A DNA stretch of 64,000 bases, taken from NCBI GenBank assembly GCA_963702845.1, contig OY969763.1:4000001-4064000 (forward strand), given 5' to 3'. Shown one piece after another: positions 31,121 to 42,762 of this stretch. This DNA comes from an uncultured Verrucomicrobiae bacterium. Its GTDB lineage: Bacteria > Verrucomicrobiota > Verrucomicrobiia > Limisphaerales > Palsa-1400. Under the pieces are notes generated by a model. The model worked only from the letters and a program-made list of their open reading frames with translations. It was not told where the DNA came from and did no database searches. Position numbers and translations under genes: made by a program. Positions within the stretch are counted from its first letter, which is position 1. Every line of letters begins with the position of its first letter.

Positions 31121-34006
31121 ATGTCTGATAAGCTGATCAATCTACCTTCTGCCAGCGCCGGCAATGCTTCGCAAGCGCTTGCACCGACCGATTGTTTTGT
31201 CCGCCGTCATATTGGGCCTGACGCCAAAGAAACCGCGCAAATGTTGGCGGAACTTGGGTATTCTGACCTCGACTCGTTCATTGGAAACGTTGTTCCGCCG
31301 CAGATCCGATTGCACAAGCCCCTCAATATCCCGGGCGGTTGGAGTGAACACGCGGTGTTGCACGAGCTTCGGACAATCGCCTCGAAGAACCAGGTGTTCC
31401 GCAACTATATCGGCATGGGCTATTCAGATTGCATCACGCCACCGGTGATTTTGCGTAATGTCCTGGAAAATCCGGGTTGGTATACGCAATACACGCCGTA
31501 TCAGGCGGAGATCGCGCAAGGTCGTCTCGAAGCGCTGTTGAATTTTCAAACGATGATCACGGATTTGACCAGTCTGGACATTGCCAACGCCTCGTTGCTC
31601 GACGAAGCAACGGCGGCAGCGGAGTCGATGCACGTTTGCCAAAACGTAAAACCGGATCGGAATGTATTTTTCGTTTCGGAAAATTGCCATCCGCAAACGA
31701 TCGACGTGGTGAAGACTCGCGCCAAGGCGGTGAACGTGGAAGTTGTCGTTGGCAATCACGAGACGTTTCAAGTTACGGACAAAGTCTTCGGCGTGTTGGT
31801 GCAATATCCAGATACTTACGGCTCGATCTTCGATTACGAAAACTTCTTTGCAGCGGCGCATGCGGCCGGCGCGATGACGGTGGTTGCGGCGGATTTACTG
31901 GCGCTGACGGTTCTGCGCGCACCGGGTGAGTTCGGCGCGGACATTGCGGTCGGCAGTGCCCAACGGTTCGGCGTTCCCCTGGGTTATGGTGGTCCTCATG
32001 CCGCTTACTTCGCCACGCGCGATGCTTACAAACGCTTGATGCCGGGACGTCTCGTTGGCGTATCAAAAGATGCGCATGGCAAACCGGCGTTGCGTCTTTC
32101 GCTTCAGACGCGCGAGCAACACATTCGGCGCGAGAAAGCAACGAGCAACATCTGCACCGCGCAGGCGCTCTTAGCGAACATGGCGTCGATGTATGCAGTG
32201 TATCACGGGCCTGATGGTCTCAGGCGCATCGGTCAACGAGTGCGGGCGGCGGCCCTGGTGCTCGCTGAAGGCTTGAAACGGTTGGGATACGAGGTTGGAC
32301 CGCAGCTTTTCTTCGATACTTTACGCGTTGATCTCGGATCGAAAAAAAGTTCAGACGTAATCAAACGCGCTGAAGCGCACTGCATTAATTTCCGCGTCAT
32401 CGATGCACAAGCAATTGGGATTTCAGTCGATGAAGCGACGATGGAGAAGGACATCGTCGATATTCTGACGGTGCTCAATGAAGGCAAGCTGCCGAATTTT
32501 TCATTGCTGGAACTCGAGGCAAATCTGCCGATGCAGTTGCCCGCGCCATTCGCACGCACGAGCGCGTATCTGCAACATGTGGTGTTCAACAAGTATCATT
32601 CGGAAACCGAGATGTTGCGTTATCTGCGCCGTCTGGAATCGAAAGATTTGTCGCTGACGACCTCAATGATTCCGCTCGGCTCATGCACGATGAAGCTAAA
32701 CGGCACGGCGGAGATGCTGCCAATCTCGTGGCCCGAGTTTTCGAAATTGCATCCGTTCGCGCCATTGACGCAAACGCGCGGCTATCAAATTATTTTCAGA
32801 CAACTGGAACAATGGTTGGCAGAAGTCACCGGATTCGCGGGAACTTCGCTTCAGCCCAACGCCGGCGCGCAAGGTGAATACGCAGGCTTGCTCGTCATCA
32901 TGCGCTATCACGAAATTCGTAACGAACAGCATCGGCGCGTGTGCCTGATTCCGACTTCGGCTCACGGGACAAATCCAGCGAGCGCTGCGTTGGCAGGCAT
33001 GAACATTGTTTCGGTGGCATGTGATTCGAACGGCAATATCGACGTCGCTGATTTGCGGGCAAAGGCGGAAGCGCACAAGAATGATCTGGCGTGCTTGATG
33101 GTGACCTATCCATCGACCCACGGCGTGTTCGAGGATGGGATCAAAGACATCTGCAAAATCGTCCACGACAACGGTGGACAAGTTTACATGGATGGCGCAA
33201 ACCTCAACGCGCAAGTCGGTTTGTGCCGCCCCGGCGACATTGGCGCGGATGTTTGCCACATAAATTTGCACAAAACGTTTTGTATTCCGCACGGCGGTGG
33301 TGGGCCGGGGATGGGGCCGATCTGCGTTGCGGAACATCTCGTTGAATTTTTACCAGGCCATCCTGTCGTAAATCTCGGTGGCGAGAATCCGATCGGCGCA
33401 GTGTCAGCCGCGCCCTGGGGTAGTGCGAACATTCTGATTATCTCGTGGGTTTATATTTCATTGATGGGCGGCGCTGGTCTGACCGAAGCGACCAAGATGG
33501 CCATCTTGAATGCGAACTATATCGCACATCGGGTCGGCGAATATTTTCCGATTCTTTACAGAGGCAAAAACGGTCTGGTGGCGCATGAATGCATTGCGGA
33601 CGTGCGGCCATTTAAGACCGTCACTGTCGAAGACATTGCAAAGCGCCTGATGGATTACGGGTTTCACGCCCCCACGATTTCGTTCCCCGTCCCTGGCACG
33701 ATGATGATTGAACCGACCGAAAGTGAAGCAAAACCGGAACTGGACCGTTTGTGCGATGCGCTGATTTCGATCTACGCCGAAATTCAAGCGATCGAAGCGG
33801 GCAAAGCGGACAAAGCGAATAACGTGATCAAGAACGCGCCGCACACGGCGATCGCGATTGCGAGTGATAAATGGGACCGGCCCTATTCACGCGAGCAGGC
33901 GGCTTTCCCAGCGGAATGGACGCGCGAGCATAAGTATTGGCCGAGCGTTGGGCGGATTGACAATGTTTACGGGGATCGGAATTTGGTTTGCGCGTGTCAG
34001 GGTTAG
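31121..34006 (+). CDS. gcvP: Glycine dehydrogenase (decarboxylating), glycine cleavage P protein
   Basis: [58 protein letters not shown]; 961 aa. Confidence 0.98.
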   Translation: MSDKLINLPSASAGNASQALAPTDCFVRRHIGPDAKETAQMLAELGYSDLDSFIGNVVPPQIRLHKPLNIPGGWSEHAVLHELRTIASKNQVFRNYIGMGYSDCITPPVILRNVLENPGWYTQYTPYQAEIAQGRLEALLNFQTMITDLTSLDIANASLLDEATAAAESMHVCQNVKPDRNVFFVSENCHPQTIDVVKTRAKAVNVEVVVGNHETFQVTDKVFGVLVQYPDTYGSIFDYENFFAAAHAAGAMTVVAADLLALTVLRAPGEFGADIAVGSAQRFGVPLGYGGPHAAYFATRDAYKRLMPGRLVGVSKDAHGKPALRLSLQTREQHIRREKATSNICTAQALLANMASMYAVYHGPDGLRRIGQRVRAAALVLAEGLKRLGYEVGPQLFFDTLRVDLGSKKSSDVIKRAEAHCINFRVIDAQAIGISVDEATMEKDIVDILTVLNEGKLPNFSLLELEANLPMQLPAPFARTSAYLQHVVFNKYHSETEMLRYLRRLESKDLSLTTSMIPLGSCTMKLNGTAEMLPISWPEFSKLHPFAPLTQTRGYQIIFRQLEQWLAEVTGFAGTSLQPNAGAQGEYAGLLVIMRYHEIRNEQHRRVCLIPTSAHGTNPASAALAGMNIVSVACDSNGNIDVADLRAKAEAHKNDLACLMVTYPSTHGVFEDGIKDICKIVHDNGGQVYMDGANLNAQVGLCRPGDIGADVCHINLHKTFCIPHGGGGPGMGPICVAEHLVEFLPGHPVVNLGGENPIGAVSAAPWGSANILIISWVYISLMGGAGLTEATKMAILNANYIAHRVGEYFPILYRGKNGLVAHECIADVRPFKTVTVEDIAKRLMDYGFHAPTISFPVPGTMMIEPTESEAKPELDRLCDALISIYAEIQAIEAGKADKANNVIKNAPHTAIAIASDKWDRPYSREQAAFPAEWTREHKYWPSVGRIDNVYGDRNLVCACQG

Positions 34007-34121
34007 AAACTCCAAAACTCAAACTTCAAGCATCAAAGAAGCTCCAAGTTCCAAGCCTCAATTGAACTTGGAGCTTGGATGTTGAAGCTTCTTTGGAGAC
34101 AGGCGTTTTGGAATGGAAGTT

Positions 34122-35579
34122 TCACAACTTCTCCGGCTTGGTCACTAATTTCGGCGGTTTGTCCACCCATTGGTCATGGTCACCGAGTTCTTTACGCAAT
34201 CGTTCCAGCTCACGCTTTAAATCTTTCACGACGCCAGCGTATGCCGGGTCGTTGTAGACGCTGAATAGTTCGTGCGGATCTTTCTGGAGGTCGAACAATT
34301 CCCATTCGTGCAAGTCGTGAAAGTAGATCAGTTTGTAGCGATCGGTGCGCACGCCGTAATGTTTGTTCACCGTGTGTTCCGAGGGATGGGCATAGTAGCG
34401 GTAGTACATCGATTTGCGCCAGTTGCGTGGCGTCTTGCCTTCGAGCACCGGCTTAATGCTCTTACCCTGCACTTCTTTTGGCGCTTTCACGCCGGCGTAG
34501 TCGAGGAATGTCGGGGCGAAATCCACGTTGAGAATCATCGCGTCGGTCACGGTGCCCGGTTTGATATGGCCGGGATAACGCACCAAAAACGGCATACGTA
34601 ACGATTCTTCATACATGAAACGTTTGTCGAACCAATCGTGGTCGCCGAGGAAAAAGCCCTGATCCGAGGTGTAGATGACGATGGTGTTATCGCTCAGCCC
34701 GGCTTTGTCGAGGTATTCGAGTAAGCGTCCGACGTTGTCATCCACGGAGGCGACGCAACGCAGGTAATCCTGCATATAGCGCTGGTATTTCCATTTCTTC
34801 AGTTCTTCGTCGGTCAACCCCGCCGGCGGTTTCTGCTTCAGGTCGTGTTTGTTGAGGTCGCGATCGACGCGCATTGTGGCTACAGACGCGGCGGTGGAAC
34901 GGTTTTTGTAATCGTCATTGAATGTAGCTGGCTCGGGAATCGGGTTCGTGTACATGTTCATGTACCGTTCGGCAGGCTCCCATGGGCGATGCGGAGCTTT
35001 GTGGTGGCACATGAGAAAGAACGGTTTGTCCTTCGGCGCATTCTTGATGAAGTTGATCGCTACATCGCCGATAATGTCAGTGACATAGCCTTCCACTTTA
35101 TGCTTGTTACCCATGGTGATGAAGTGTGGATCGTGATAGACGCCCTGACCGGGAAGGATGTTCCAATAATCGAAGCCTTGCGGGTCGCTCTGCAAATGCC
35201 ATTTGCCGATCATGCCGGTGTGATAGCCGGCCTTCTGTAACTCCTTCGCAACGTTCCATTGATTCGGATCCAAGCGGTTGAACACGGTCACGCCGTTCAC
35301 GTGGCTGTATTTGCCGGTGAGGATGGCTGCCCGGCTCGGCGTGCAAATGGAGTTGACGGCGAAGCAGTTTGCAAAACGCATGCCGTCGCGCGCGATGGGG
35401 TCGATGTTCGGCGTTTTGTTGATCTTGCTGCCGTAGGCGCTGATGGCGTGGGCGGCGTGGTCGTCGGCCATGATGTAGAGGATGTTGGGGTGCTCGGATT
35501 TTGCGTGGGCAACAAAGCTGAACAAGGCGATCAACGCAAAGGTGCAAAGATGCAAAGACGCAGAGAGTTTTTGTTTCAT
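34122..35579 (-). CDS. Formylglycine-dependent sulfatase
   Basis: PNILYIMADDH, ICTPSRAAILTG, GKWHL, TSDQGFFLG, DKRFMYEES. Confidence 0.95.
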   Translation of the reverse strand: MKQKLSASLHLCTFALIALFSFVAHAKSEHPNILYIMADDHAAHAISAYGSKINKTPNIDPIARDGMRFANCFAVNSICTPSRAAILTGKYSHVNGVTVFNRLDPNQWNVAKELQKAGYHTGMIGKWHLQSDPQGFDYWNILPGQGVYHDPHFITMGNKHKVEGYVTDIIGDVAINFIKNAPKDKPFFLMCHHKAPHRPWEPAERYMNMYTNPIPEPATFNDDYKNRSTAASVATMRVDRDLNKHDLKQKPPAGLTDEELKKWKYQRYMQDYLRCVASVDDNVGRLLEYLDKAGLSDNTIVIYTSDQGFFLGDHDWFDKRFMYEESLRMPFLVRYPGHIKPGTVTDAMILNVDFAPTFLDYAGVKAPKEVQGKSIKPVLEGKTPRNWRKSMYYRYYAHPSEHTVNKHYGVRTDRYKLIYFHDLHEWELFDLQKDPHELFSVYNDPAYAGVVKDLKRELERLRKELGDHDQWVDKPPKLVTKPEKL

Positions 35580-35583
35580 AAAA

Positions 35584-36885
35584 TTAAATTTCCCAACCCT
35601 TGCGATATTCACGAGTCAGGAATTGGTTAGCGGCTGTCGTATTCGTAATCTTTCCGGTGGCGCCATCATACTCGAGTTTTTTGCCGCTACGATACGCGGC
35701 GATGCCGAGCAGGACGGTTTCGGCAAGTGGGCCGGAGTAGTCGAAATTACAGGTGGTCGCACTGCCAGTTTTGCAGGCGACTATCCATTCTTCATGGTGG
35801 CCGATTGATTTTGAGATGGACGCTGTCGGCGATTGGAAATCGGCGAAGGATTTTTCCGGCAAGAGCAGGCGTTTGGTGTAATCGGCCAGCAACATTCCTT
35901 TGGAACCGACGAAGAGCACACCGTTGCGCCAGTGCTTGCACTGTTCGGGGGAGAGCGAGTCTCTCAGGAGTTTTGGAGAATGACCGCCGTCGTACCACTT
36001 CAGACGCACGGGAGGTAAATCGGCCCGAGCGGCGAAATCCCAAGTGGCAATAATCCATGCCGGCGTGTTCTCTGGATGGACGGCCGGGCCTTCGGTTTCG
36101 ATGGCAGTCGGCCATCGGAGTTTCAGAGCCCAGAAAGCCAAATCGATGTAATGACAGCCCATGTCGCCAAGAGTGCCGCCGCCGAAATCCCACCAATGCC
36201 GCCAATTTTTCGGGGCAAAATCGGGATGGTAGTCGCGTTTCGGAGCCGGACCGAGCCACTCATCGTAGTGAAAGCTTTTCGGCACCGGAGCGATGACCTT
36301 AGCTTCCGGACCAGCCACAACACCCTTTTCGCACCAGACGTGAACTTCGTTCACAGAACCGATTGCGCCGGACTCGACCAATTCCACACAACGACGGTAG
36401 TTGTCGGTTGCATGGATTTGTGTGCCCATTTGCGTGGGGAGTTTGGATTTGGCGGCCTTGGCCATGATCGCGCGGACTTCATGGACCGTGTGAGCTAAGG
36501 GCTTTTCGCAATAAACCGGGCGCCCGGATTTCAGTGCGGCCATGGCAGCGACGGCGTGCGTGTGATCGGGAGTGCTGACGACGATGGCGTCGATATCCTT
36601 TTGATCGATGAGGCGGCGAAAATCTGTGTAGGTCTTCGCAGACGGAAACTTTTCGTGTGTCTGAGCTAGATACGATTCATCGACATCGCAGATCGCGACG
36701 ATGTTTTCGTTCTTCACACCGGCGATGTTGTTGGCGGCGCGATGGAAGGTCCCGATGACGCCGATGTTCAGTTTGTCATTGGCGGAAAGCTTGCGGGCGA
36801 GAAGCGACGAGGCGCCAAGCCAGACCCCAGCGGTCGTGAATGCGGTTTGCTTGAAAAATTTGCGGCGCGATACATTAGGACTCAT
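35584..36885 (-). CDS. Tat-exported Gfo/Idh/MocA oxidoreductase
   Basis: SRRKFFK Tat motif, VSTPDHTHA, YCEKPL, WWDFGGGTLGDMGCH. Confidence 0.9.
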   Translation of the reverse strand: MSPNVSRRKFFKQTAFTTAGVWLGASSLLARKLSANDKLNIGVIGTFHRAANNIAGVKNENIVAICDVDESYLAQTHEKFPSAKTYTDFRRLIDQKDIDAIVVSTPDHTHAVAAMAALKSGRPVYCEKPLAHTVHEVRAIMAKAAKSKLPTQMGTQIHATDNYRRCVELVESGAIGSVNEVHVWCEKGVVAGPEAKVIAPVPKSFHYDEWLGPAPKRDYHPDFAPKNWRHWWDFGGGTLGDMGCHYIDLAFWALKLRWPTAIETEGPAVHPENTPAWIIATWDFAARADLPPVRLKWYDGGHSPKLLRDSLSPEQCKHWRNGVLFVGSKGMLLADYTKRLLLPEKSFADFQSPTASISKSIGHHEEWIVACKTGSATTCNFDYSGPLAETVLLGIAAYRSGKKLEYDGATGKITNTTAANQFLTREYRKGWEI

Positions 36886-37148
36886 AGGGTCGGTGATTAG
36901 ACGTTCATCAATAGGAAAGGTTTCGATAGTACGCGAGCAACAAATAAATGAGTTTTGCGGTTTTTCGGTCATGTGAGCCGCAACAAACCGTCCACTGAGA
37001 CGCGTAAAAACTGATCGACATCAAAGGTATTCGATTGCCAAGGAACCGATGTAGGGTCATGCTCTTGACTGCCGCGTCGGAGGTCGTGGCGAGTCAGCCG
37101 AAGACTCCACGGAACTTTGAAGCAGCTGCGGAGTTTAACGTCGTATAG

Positions 37149-38882
37149 TTGAGCGTGGAGACCCAAACAACCAAATCCAACAGACACGCAATCATTGTCG
37201 CCATTTTGTTCGCGACGGGGATTGTTTTCTTTGGCACCAGTTGTACGAACAAGTACTTCCAGAAAACGGCTGACAAAGCCGCTTACTCCGCCATCAAGGA
37301 AAAAACTCCGCTCGTCAAAAACATGGATGAGCATTTCACCATTGAGCAGACCAACGCGCTCTCGCTCGCAGGAGTGCCGAAATCAACCAATACCGTGGAT
37401 TTTTTGGGCAAAGACGGAGCGTCGGAACAAGGTGCGTCGGTCCTATCTTTGAAAAAAGCACTGGAAGTTGCCGTCAACCACAGCCGCACCTATCAAACGC
37501 GCAAAGAACAACTCTATCTCAGCGCATTAGGCCTGTCGCTCGCGCAACACCAGTTCGCGCCGATTTTTGGCGCTAACGGAACCGCCGACTATCAGGTGAC
37601 CACAGCGAATGTCCTGGAAAGTGCAGTCGACCCGATCACACATAGCAACATCGTTGTCCTCAGCGATAATCTCGCCGAAACACATCGCATCAACGGAGGA
37701 ACGACCGTCGGAACCGACCTATTGCTCGCGACTGGCGGACGTCTGACCGTCGCATTCACAACGAGTTTTCTGCGCTATATCTCTGGGGAACAATTAAACG
37801 CCACCGGCGCGAGGCTCGCTGGCTCGTTTGTGCAACCACTGTGGCGAGGTGCCGGCTACAAGGTGACGATGGAAAACCTCACGCAATCTCAACGCAATGT
37901 TCTCTATGCTATTCGTGACTTCACCCGATTCAGAAAAACTTTCAGTGTCGATGTCGCAACAAGCTACTACAACGTGCTGCGAGACCGAGACGAGGCGCGC
38001 AACAGTTTCGTCAACTTGCAAAATTCGCGTAACAACGCGGACCGCACGCGTGCATTGGCGAAAGAAGGCCGCATCGCTCAAGCCGATCTCGGACGTCTCG
38101 AACAACAGGAATTGACGTCAGAGAACACATGGGTAGGCGCGGTGCTCAATTACAAACGCGGGTTGGACAATTTTAAAATTCAGATCGGCTTGCCGACCGA
38201 CGAACGCATCGTCCTCAATGACCAGGAGCTTGCCGATCTCAAAATCAACCACCCCGAAATCAGCGTCGACGACTCGATCAAAGTGGCGATGGCCATGCGT
38301 CTTGATTACCAAACCGCGCATGACGAAGTAGACGATGCCAAACGCAAGATTCCTGTTGCTGCGAACGCCCTCCGCGCAAAAGTCGATCTCGTCGCAGCGG
38401 CGGGAATCGACAGCGATAGCGGCCATTTGCTGCCAAACCCCCATCGTTATTCTTGGGATGCTTCGCTGAACGTCGATCTTCCCATCGAACGCACCGCAGA
38501 ATGCAACGCCTATCGCGCAGCCATGATCAATCTCGAACAAGCGATACGCAATTACACGCTGGACGAGGACCAGATCAAACTGCAGGTGCGCGATAGTTGC
38601 CGTGCGTTGGAACAGGCGAAACGCGCTTTCGAAATCAGCAAGGTCGGTGTCGAGCTCGCTGAACGGCGCGTCGAGGAACAAAGTCTTTTAGCGGAACTCG
38701 GCCGCGCCAAAGCACAAGATCAAGTTGACGCACAGAACGATTTATCGAATTCAAAGAATCAATACACGCAAGCGCTCGTCGGTCATACGGTCGCGCGCCT
38801 GCAATTCTGGGATAACCTCGGAATTCTCTACATCAAAGACGCCGGACAGTGGGAGGAACCCAAAAATGCAAAGCTCAACTAA
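37149..38882 (+). CDS. TolC-family outer membrane efflux lipoprotein
   Basis: Lipobox-like GTSC, LSLKKALEVAV, helical repeat pattern; first gene of an MFP/ABC operon. Confidence 0.8.
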   Translation: MSVETQTTKSNRHAIIVAILFATGIVFFGTSCTNKYFQKTADKAAYSAIKEKTPLVKNMDEHFTIEQTNALSLAGVPKSTNTVDFLGKDGASEQGASVLSLKKALEVAVNHSRTYQTRKEQLYLSALGLSLAQHQFAPIFGANGTADYQVTTANVLESAVDPITHSNIVVLSDNLAETHRINGGTTVGTDLLLATGGRLTVAFTTSFLRYISGEQLNATGARLAGSFVQPLWRGAGYKVTMENLTQSQRNVLYAIRDFTRFRKTFSVDVATSYYNVLRDRDEARNSFVNLQNSRNNADRTRALAKEGRIAQADLGRLEQQELTSENTWVGAVLNYKRGLDNFKIQIGLPTDERIVLNDQELADLKINHPEISVDDSIKVAMAMRLDYQTAHDEVDDAKRKIPVAANALRAKVDLVAAAGIDSDSGHLLPNPHRYSWDASLNVDLPIERTAECNAYRAAMINLEQAIRNYTLDEDQIKLQVRDSCRALEQAKRAFEISKVGVELAERRVEEQSLLAELGRAKAQDQVDAQNDLSNSKNQYTQALVGHTVARLQFWDNLGILYIKDAGQWEEPKNAKLN

Positions 38883-40779
38883 CAAGCAACCAATACCGCT
38901 GCCGCTCGAGAAACCGGCCGCTGCCACAAAGCCGTCGCGAAAAGGTAAACCGTGGGTTAGACGAATCATTATCGGCGTGCTCGCATGGCTTGTGGTCGGC
39001 GGGTTGATCGCATGGCTTAAACCAGGTCACGGCAAGACGAGTGAAACAGCGTCTGGACAAGTGCGACGCGGTTCATTGGACATCACCGTTCTCGAAGGCG
39101 GAAGTGTGCAGGCGTTGGAATCGCAGGAAATCAAATGCGAAGTCCGCGTCGGCTATCAAGGCACGAAAATTCTGAAGATTATCGACGAAGGTTACCAGGT
39201 CAGCGAAGACGACGTGCGCACGAACAAGGTGTTGGTGGAGCTTGATTCAACGGAACTCGAGAAACAGACGGTACAACAGGAAATCCAATACCAATCAGCA
39301 TCCGCCGCGCTGATCGATGCACAGCAGGGTTACGACATCCAACTCAATCAAAACATCAGCGACACTCAAGCTGCCGAAGAGAAGGCGCGCTTTGCGCGAA
39401 TGGATTTCGAAAAATTTCTTGGGGACACGGTCGCCGCCAAAATTATCGATGATATGGGCCTGGAAAAGCTCATCGCCGCCCAAGACACGAAGTCGAAGCA
39501 GCTCACCGCTATTGCTGCGCAACTGCCCTCCGCGAACAGCAAACCTACGAACGGACTTTTAGCCGTTGAAGTGCCCAAGGAATCGAAACCGCTAACCAAT
39601 TCAACCAGTCAGATTGCCACGAACGCGACGCCGTTGCCGGCGGTTCAAGTCATCGATTTTTCCAAGTTCGCCACATTGGACGCGCTTGGTGATGGCGAGG
39701 CGAAACAGAAGTTGCGAAAGTTCGAGGACGATTTGCAAGTGGCGCAAAAGGAATACGGCCAGGCGAAGTCGACGCTCGAGGGCACGAAACGTTTGTTCGC
39801 CAAAGGATTCGTCACACGCATCGATATGGAACGGGATGAGATCGCGCACGAAAATGCGCGGCTCAAAGTGCAAACCGCGGAAACGGCGCGGGATTTGTTT
39901 TTGAAATATGACTTCGAAAAATCTGCCGAAGAATTCATGTCGAAGTATTCCGAGGCTGTTCGCGAAGTGGACCGTGCGCGCAAAGCCGCCGTTTCAAAAC
40001 TGGCGCAGGCAGAAGCCAAATTGAGATCATCTCAAGGTCAGTTCAACGTGCAGTCGCGCCAGCGCCAGGACCTAATTGATCAATCCGAAAAGTTTGTCAT
40101 TCGCGCCAAAAAAACCGGCCTAGTCGTTTATGGCAGCGGACGCGAGCAGTTTTATTATGGCGGCGGCGAGGAACAGATTCGCGAAGGCGCCACTGTTCGC
40201 GAACGCCAAAGCATCATCACGATTCCCGATATGACTAAGATGGGCGTGAACGTTCGCATTCACGAAAGCTACATCAAGAAGATCAAGAAGGGGCAAAAGG
40301 TCAAAATCACATTGGACGCTTTTCCCGATCAGGTGTTGGAAGGCGAAGTCACCAAAGTTGGCGTGTTACCAGATTCACAGAACATGTGGATGAATCCGGA
40401 CATGAAAGTTTATCTGACGACGATTTCGATCCCGAAATCATACGAATGGCTGAAGCCCGGCATGAGCGCGAAGGTCGAAATCATGGTCGACCGTCTTTCC
40501 GACGTCATTTATGCACCGATCCAGGCGGTCACCCCTGGCGAAGGCAAACAGCTTTGTTACGTCATCAACGGAGGCAAACAGGAGAAACGGGAAGTGCAAG
40601 TCGGACAATTCAACGACTCGTTCATCGAGATTAAATCCGGTTTGCACGAAGGTGATTTGGTTTTGCTGCATCCACCCGATAACGCTGAACCAGGCGCAAA
40701 CGACAAGAAACCGGCTGAAAGCAAGCAACCCGCGGCAACGCCGGCTAAAGCTCCAGCACCGAAAATCGGCAAGGCCTAG
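38866..40779 (+). CDS. Efflux membrane fusion protein with extended coiled coil
   Basis: N-terminal TM, long coiled coils, IHES.I..IK.GQ.V.I.LDA, LKPGMSA, IEIKSGL. Confidence 0.85.
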   Translation: MQSSTNKQPIPLPLEKPAAATKPSRKGKPWVRRIIIGVLAWLVVGGLIAWLKPGHGKTSETASGQVRRGSLDITVLEGGSVQALESQEIKCEVRVGYQGTKILKIIDEGYQVSEDDVRTNKVLVELDSTELEKQTVQQEIQYQSASAALIDAQQGYDIQLNQNISDTQAAEEKARFARMDFEKFLGDTVAAKIIDDMGLEKLIAAQDTKSKQLTAIAAQLPSANSKPTNGLLAVEVPKESKPLTNSTSQIATNATPLPAVQVIDFSKFATLDALGDGEAKQKLRKFEDDLQVAQKEYGQAKSTLEGTKRLFAKGFVTRIDMERDEIAHENARLKVQTAETARDLFLKYDFEKSAEEFMSKYSEAVREVDRARKAAVSKLAQAEAKLRSSQGQFNVQSRQRQDLIDQSEKFVIRAKKTGLVVYGSGREQFYYGGGEEQIREGATVRERQSIITIPDMTKMGVNVRIHESYIKKIKKGQKVKITLDAFPDQVLEGEVTKVGVLPDSQNMWMNPDMKVYLTTISIPKSYEWLKPGMSAKVEIMVDRLSDVIYAPIQAVTPGEGKQLCYVINGGKQEKREVQVGQFNDSFIEIKSGLHEGDLVLLHPPDNAEPGANDKKPAESKQPAATPAKAPAPKIGKA

Positions 40780-40782
40780 CTC

Positions 40783-41472
40783 GTGCGCGCTTCAATCGTC
40801 CAGTTTGAAAATGTTTTCAAGACCTACCAGGTCGGGCCAAACGTTATCAACGCATTGCGAGATGTTTCTCTGACGATTTCGGAAGGTGAATACGTCAGCA
40901 TCATGGGACCTTCCGGCTGCGGAAAATCATCCATGCTCAATGTCCTCGGCTGTTTGGACCGGCCCAGCGCTGGCCGATATTTGCTCGGCGGATCGGACGT
41001 TTCGATAATGGATGACGACGCACTTTCGAGCATTCGCGGCGCGCGCCTCGGTTTTATTTTCCAATCCTATAATTTAATTCAGCAGCTCACCGTCATCGAG
41101 AACATCGAGGTCCCCTTGTATTACCAGGGGCGCGGTGCGGAAGAGAGTCGTGAACTTGCAATCGAGTTGGCAACGCTCGTCGGACTTGAAGCCCGCGTTG
41201 ATCACAAGCCGTTCGAGCTTTCTGGCGGCCAGCAACAGCGCGTGGCGATTGCGCGAGCTTTGGTAAATGATCCTTTGGTCCTTCTCGCTGACGAACCGAC
41301 GGGCAATCTCGATTCAACCTCGGGCAGCGATATTCTCAAATTGTTCGACGACCTGAATCGCCAGGGCAAAACGATCATTATGGTCACGCACGACCAAACG
41401 GTGGCGCGGCATACGAAACGCGCCATTCGTTTACGTGATGGCCAAGTCGAAAGTGACGGGCCACCGGCATGA
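40783..41472 (+). CDS. ABC transporter ATP-binding protein (MacB/LolD type)
   Basis: [33 protein letters not shown]. Confidence 0.95.
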   Translation: MRASIVQFENVFKTYQVGPNVINALRDVSLTISEGEYVSIMGPSGCGKSSMLNVLGCLDRPSAGRYLLGGSDVSIMDDDALSSIRGARLGFIFQSYNLIQQLTVIENIEVPLYYQGRGAEESRELAIELATLVGLEARVDHKPFELSGGQQQRVAIARALVNDPLVLLADEPTGNLDSTSGSDILKLFDDLNRQGKTIIMVTHDQTVARHTKRAIRLRDGQVESDGPPA

Positions 41473-42761
41473 ACTCTACGCCGCGTATTTTGCGACTCGG
41501 TCGCGCCGTCAAACTCGGCGTCAAAAGTCTTTGGCTGCATAAGTTACGCTCGTTGCTGACCGCACTCGGAATTGTCTTCGGCGTTTGTTCGGTAATTGCG
41601 ATGTTGGCCATCGGCGAAGGCGCAAGCTACGAGGCGCAGGAACAGATCAAAAATCTCGGCAGCCAAAACATCATCGTCCGCAGCATCAAACCTCCCGAGG
41701 ACCAAAAAGTAAGCGCGCGTGGGTCGCGCAGTTTCGCGCTCGAATACGGGCTCAAACACGCCGATGTGCAGCGCATTCGCCAAACGATTCCAAACGTCAC
41801 CGTCATCGTCCCGGGCCGTATCATGCGTGAATACGTTTGGAACATTAGCCGACGCGTTGATTGCGACATCATGGCCACCGTCCCGTGGTACCCGGAGATG
41901 CGACACCAACACGTGGCGCAGGGCCGATTCTTCAACGACAAAGAAATGGACGATGCCACCACCGTTTGCGTCATTGGCGCGAGCACGGCCAAATCACTGT
42001 TTCCATTGGACTCTCCCATCGGCGCCAATGTTCGCGTCGGCGGCGACTACTACAGAATTATCGGAGTGATGGAACCCGCAAGCACCGTAAGCACAGATGC
42101 GAACGATAAAGAAAAACCGGCCGCAAATCAGATGTTCATTCCGTTGGAAACGGCCAAGTCGCGCTATGGCGAGGTATTGAGAAAATTTCGCAGTGGCAGT
42201 CTTGAAATGGAACGCGTGCAGCTGCACGAAATTACCATCAAAGCCGCAACGTCCGAGGACGTGGCGGCGGTCGCGGATGCAATCCGCGTGGTGCTGGAGC
42301 GGAATCACAAAAAGAAAGATTACGACGTGATTGTCCCGCTCGAATTGTTGCAGCGCGCTGAGCGCACGAAACAAATTTTCAATATCGTGCTGGGATCAAT
42401 CGCGGCAATTTCACTTCTCGTCGGCGGCATCGGCATCATGAACATCATGCTGGCAAGCGTAACCGAGCGAACCCGTGAAATTGGTATCCGACGCGCCCTT
42501 GGAGCCAAGCGCCGCGACATCGTTACTCAATTCCTCGTCGAGACCGTCACGCTCTCCGGCACCGGAGGAATTATTGGAGTGATACTTGGAGTCACCATCC
42601 CTTGGTTCGTAAGTCACTTTGCGGGGATGAAAACGATTACGACGCTTTGGTCGCCGGTGCTGGCATTTGGAATTTCCGCGGCAGTCGGAGTTATCTTCGG
42701 GATTTATCCCGCGATGCGCGCCGCGAACATGGATCCGGTCGAGGCGCTCCGCCACGAATAG
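41469..42761 (+). CDS. ABC transporter permease (MacB/FtsX type)
   Basis: [50 protein letters not shown]. Confidence 0.93.
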   Translation: MNSTPRILRLGRAVKLGVKSLWLHKLRSLLTALGIVFGVCSVIAMLAIGEGASYEAQEQIKNLGSQNIIVRSIKPPEDQKVSARGSRSFALEYGLKHADVQRIRQTIPNVTVIVPGRIMREYVWNISRRVDCDIMATVPWYPEMRHQHVAQGRFFNDKEMDDATTVCVIGASTAKSLFPLDSPIGANVRVGGDYYRIIGVMEPASTVSTDANDKEKPAANQMFIPLETAKSRYGEVLRKFRSGSLEMERVQLHEITIKAATSEDVAAVADAIRVVLERNHKKKDYDVIVPLELLQRAERTKQIFNIVLGSIAAISLLVGGIGIMNIMLASVTERTREIGIRRALGAKRRDIVTQFLVETVTLSGTGGIIGVILGVTIPWFVSHFAGMKTITTLWSPVLAFGISAAVGVIFGIYPAMRAANMDPVEALRHE

Positions 42762-42762
42762 T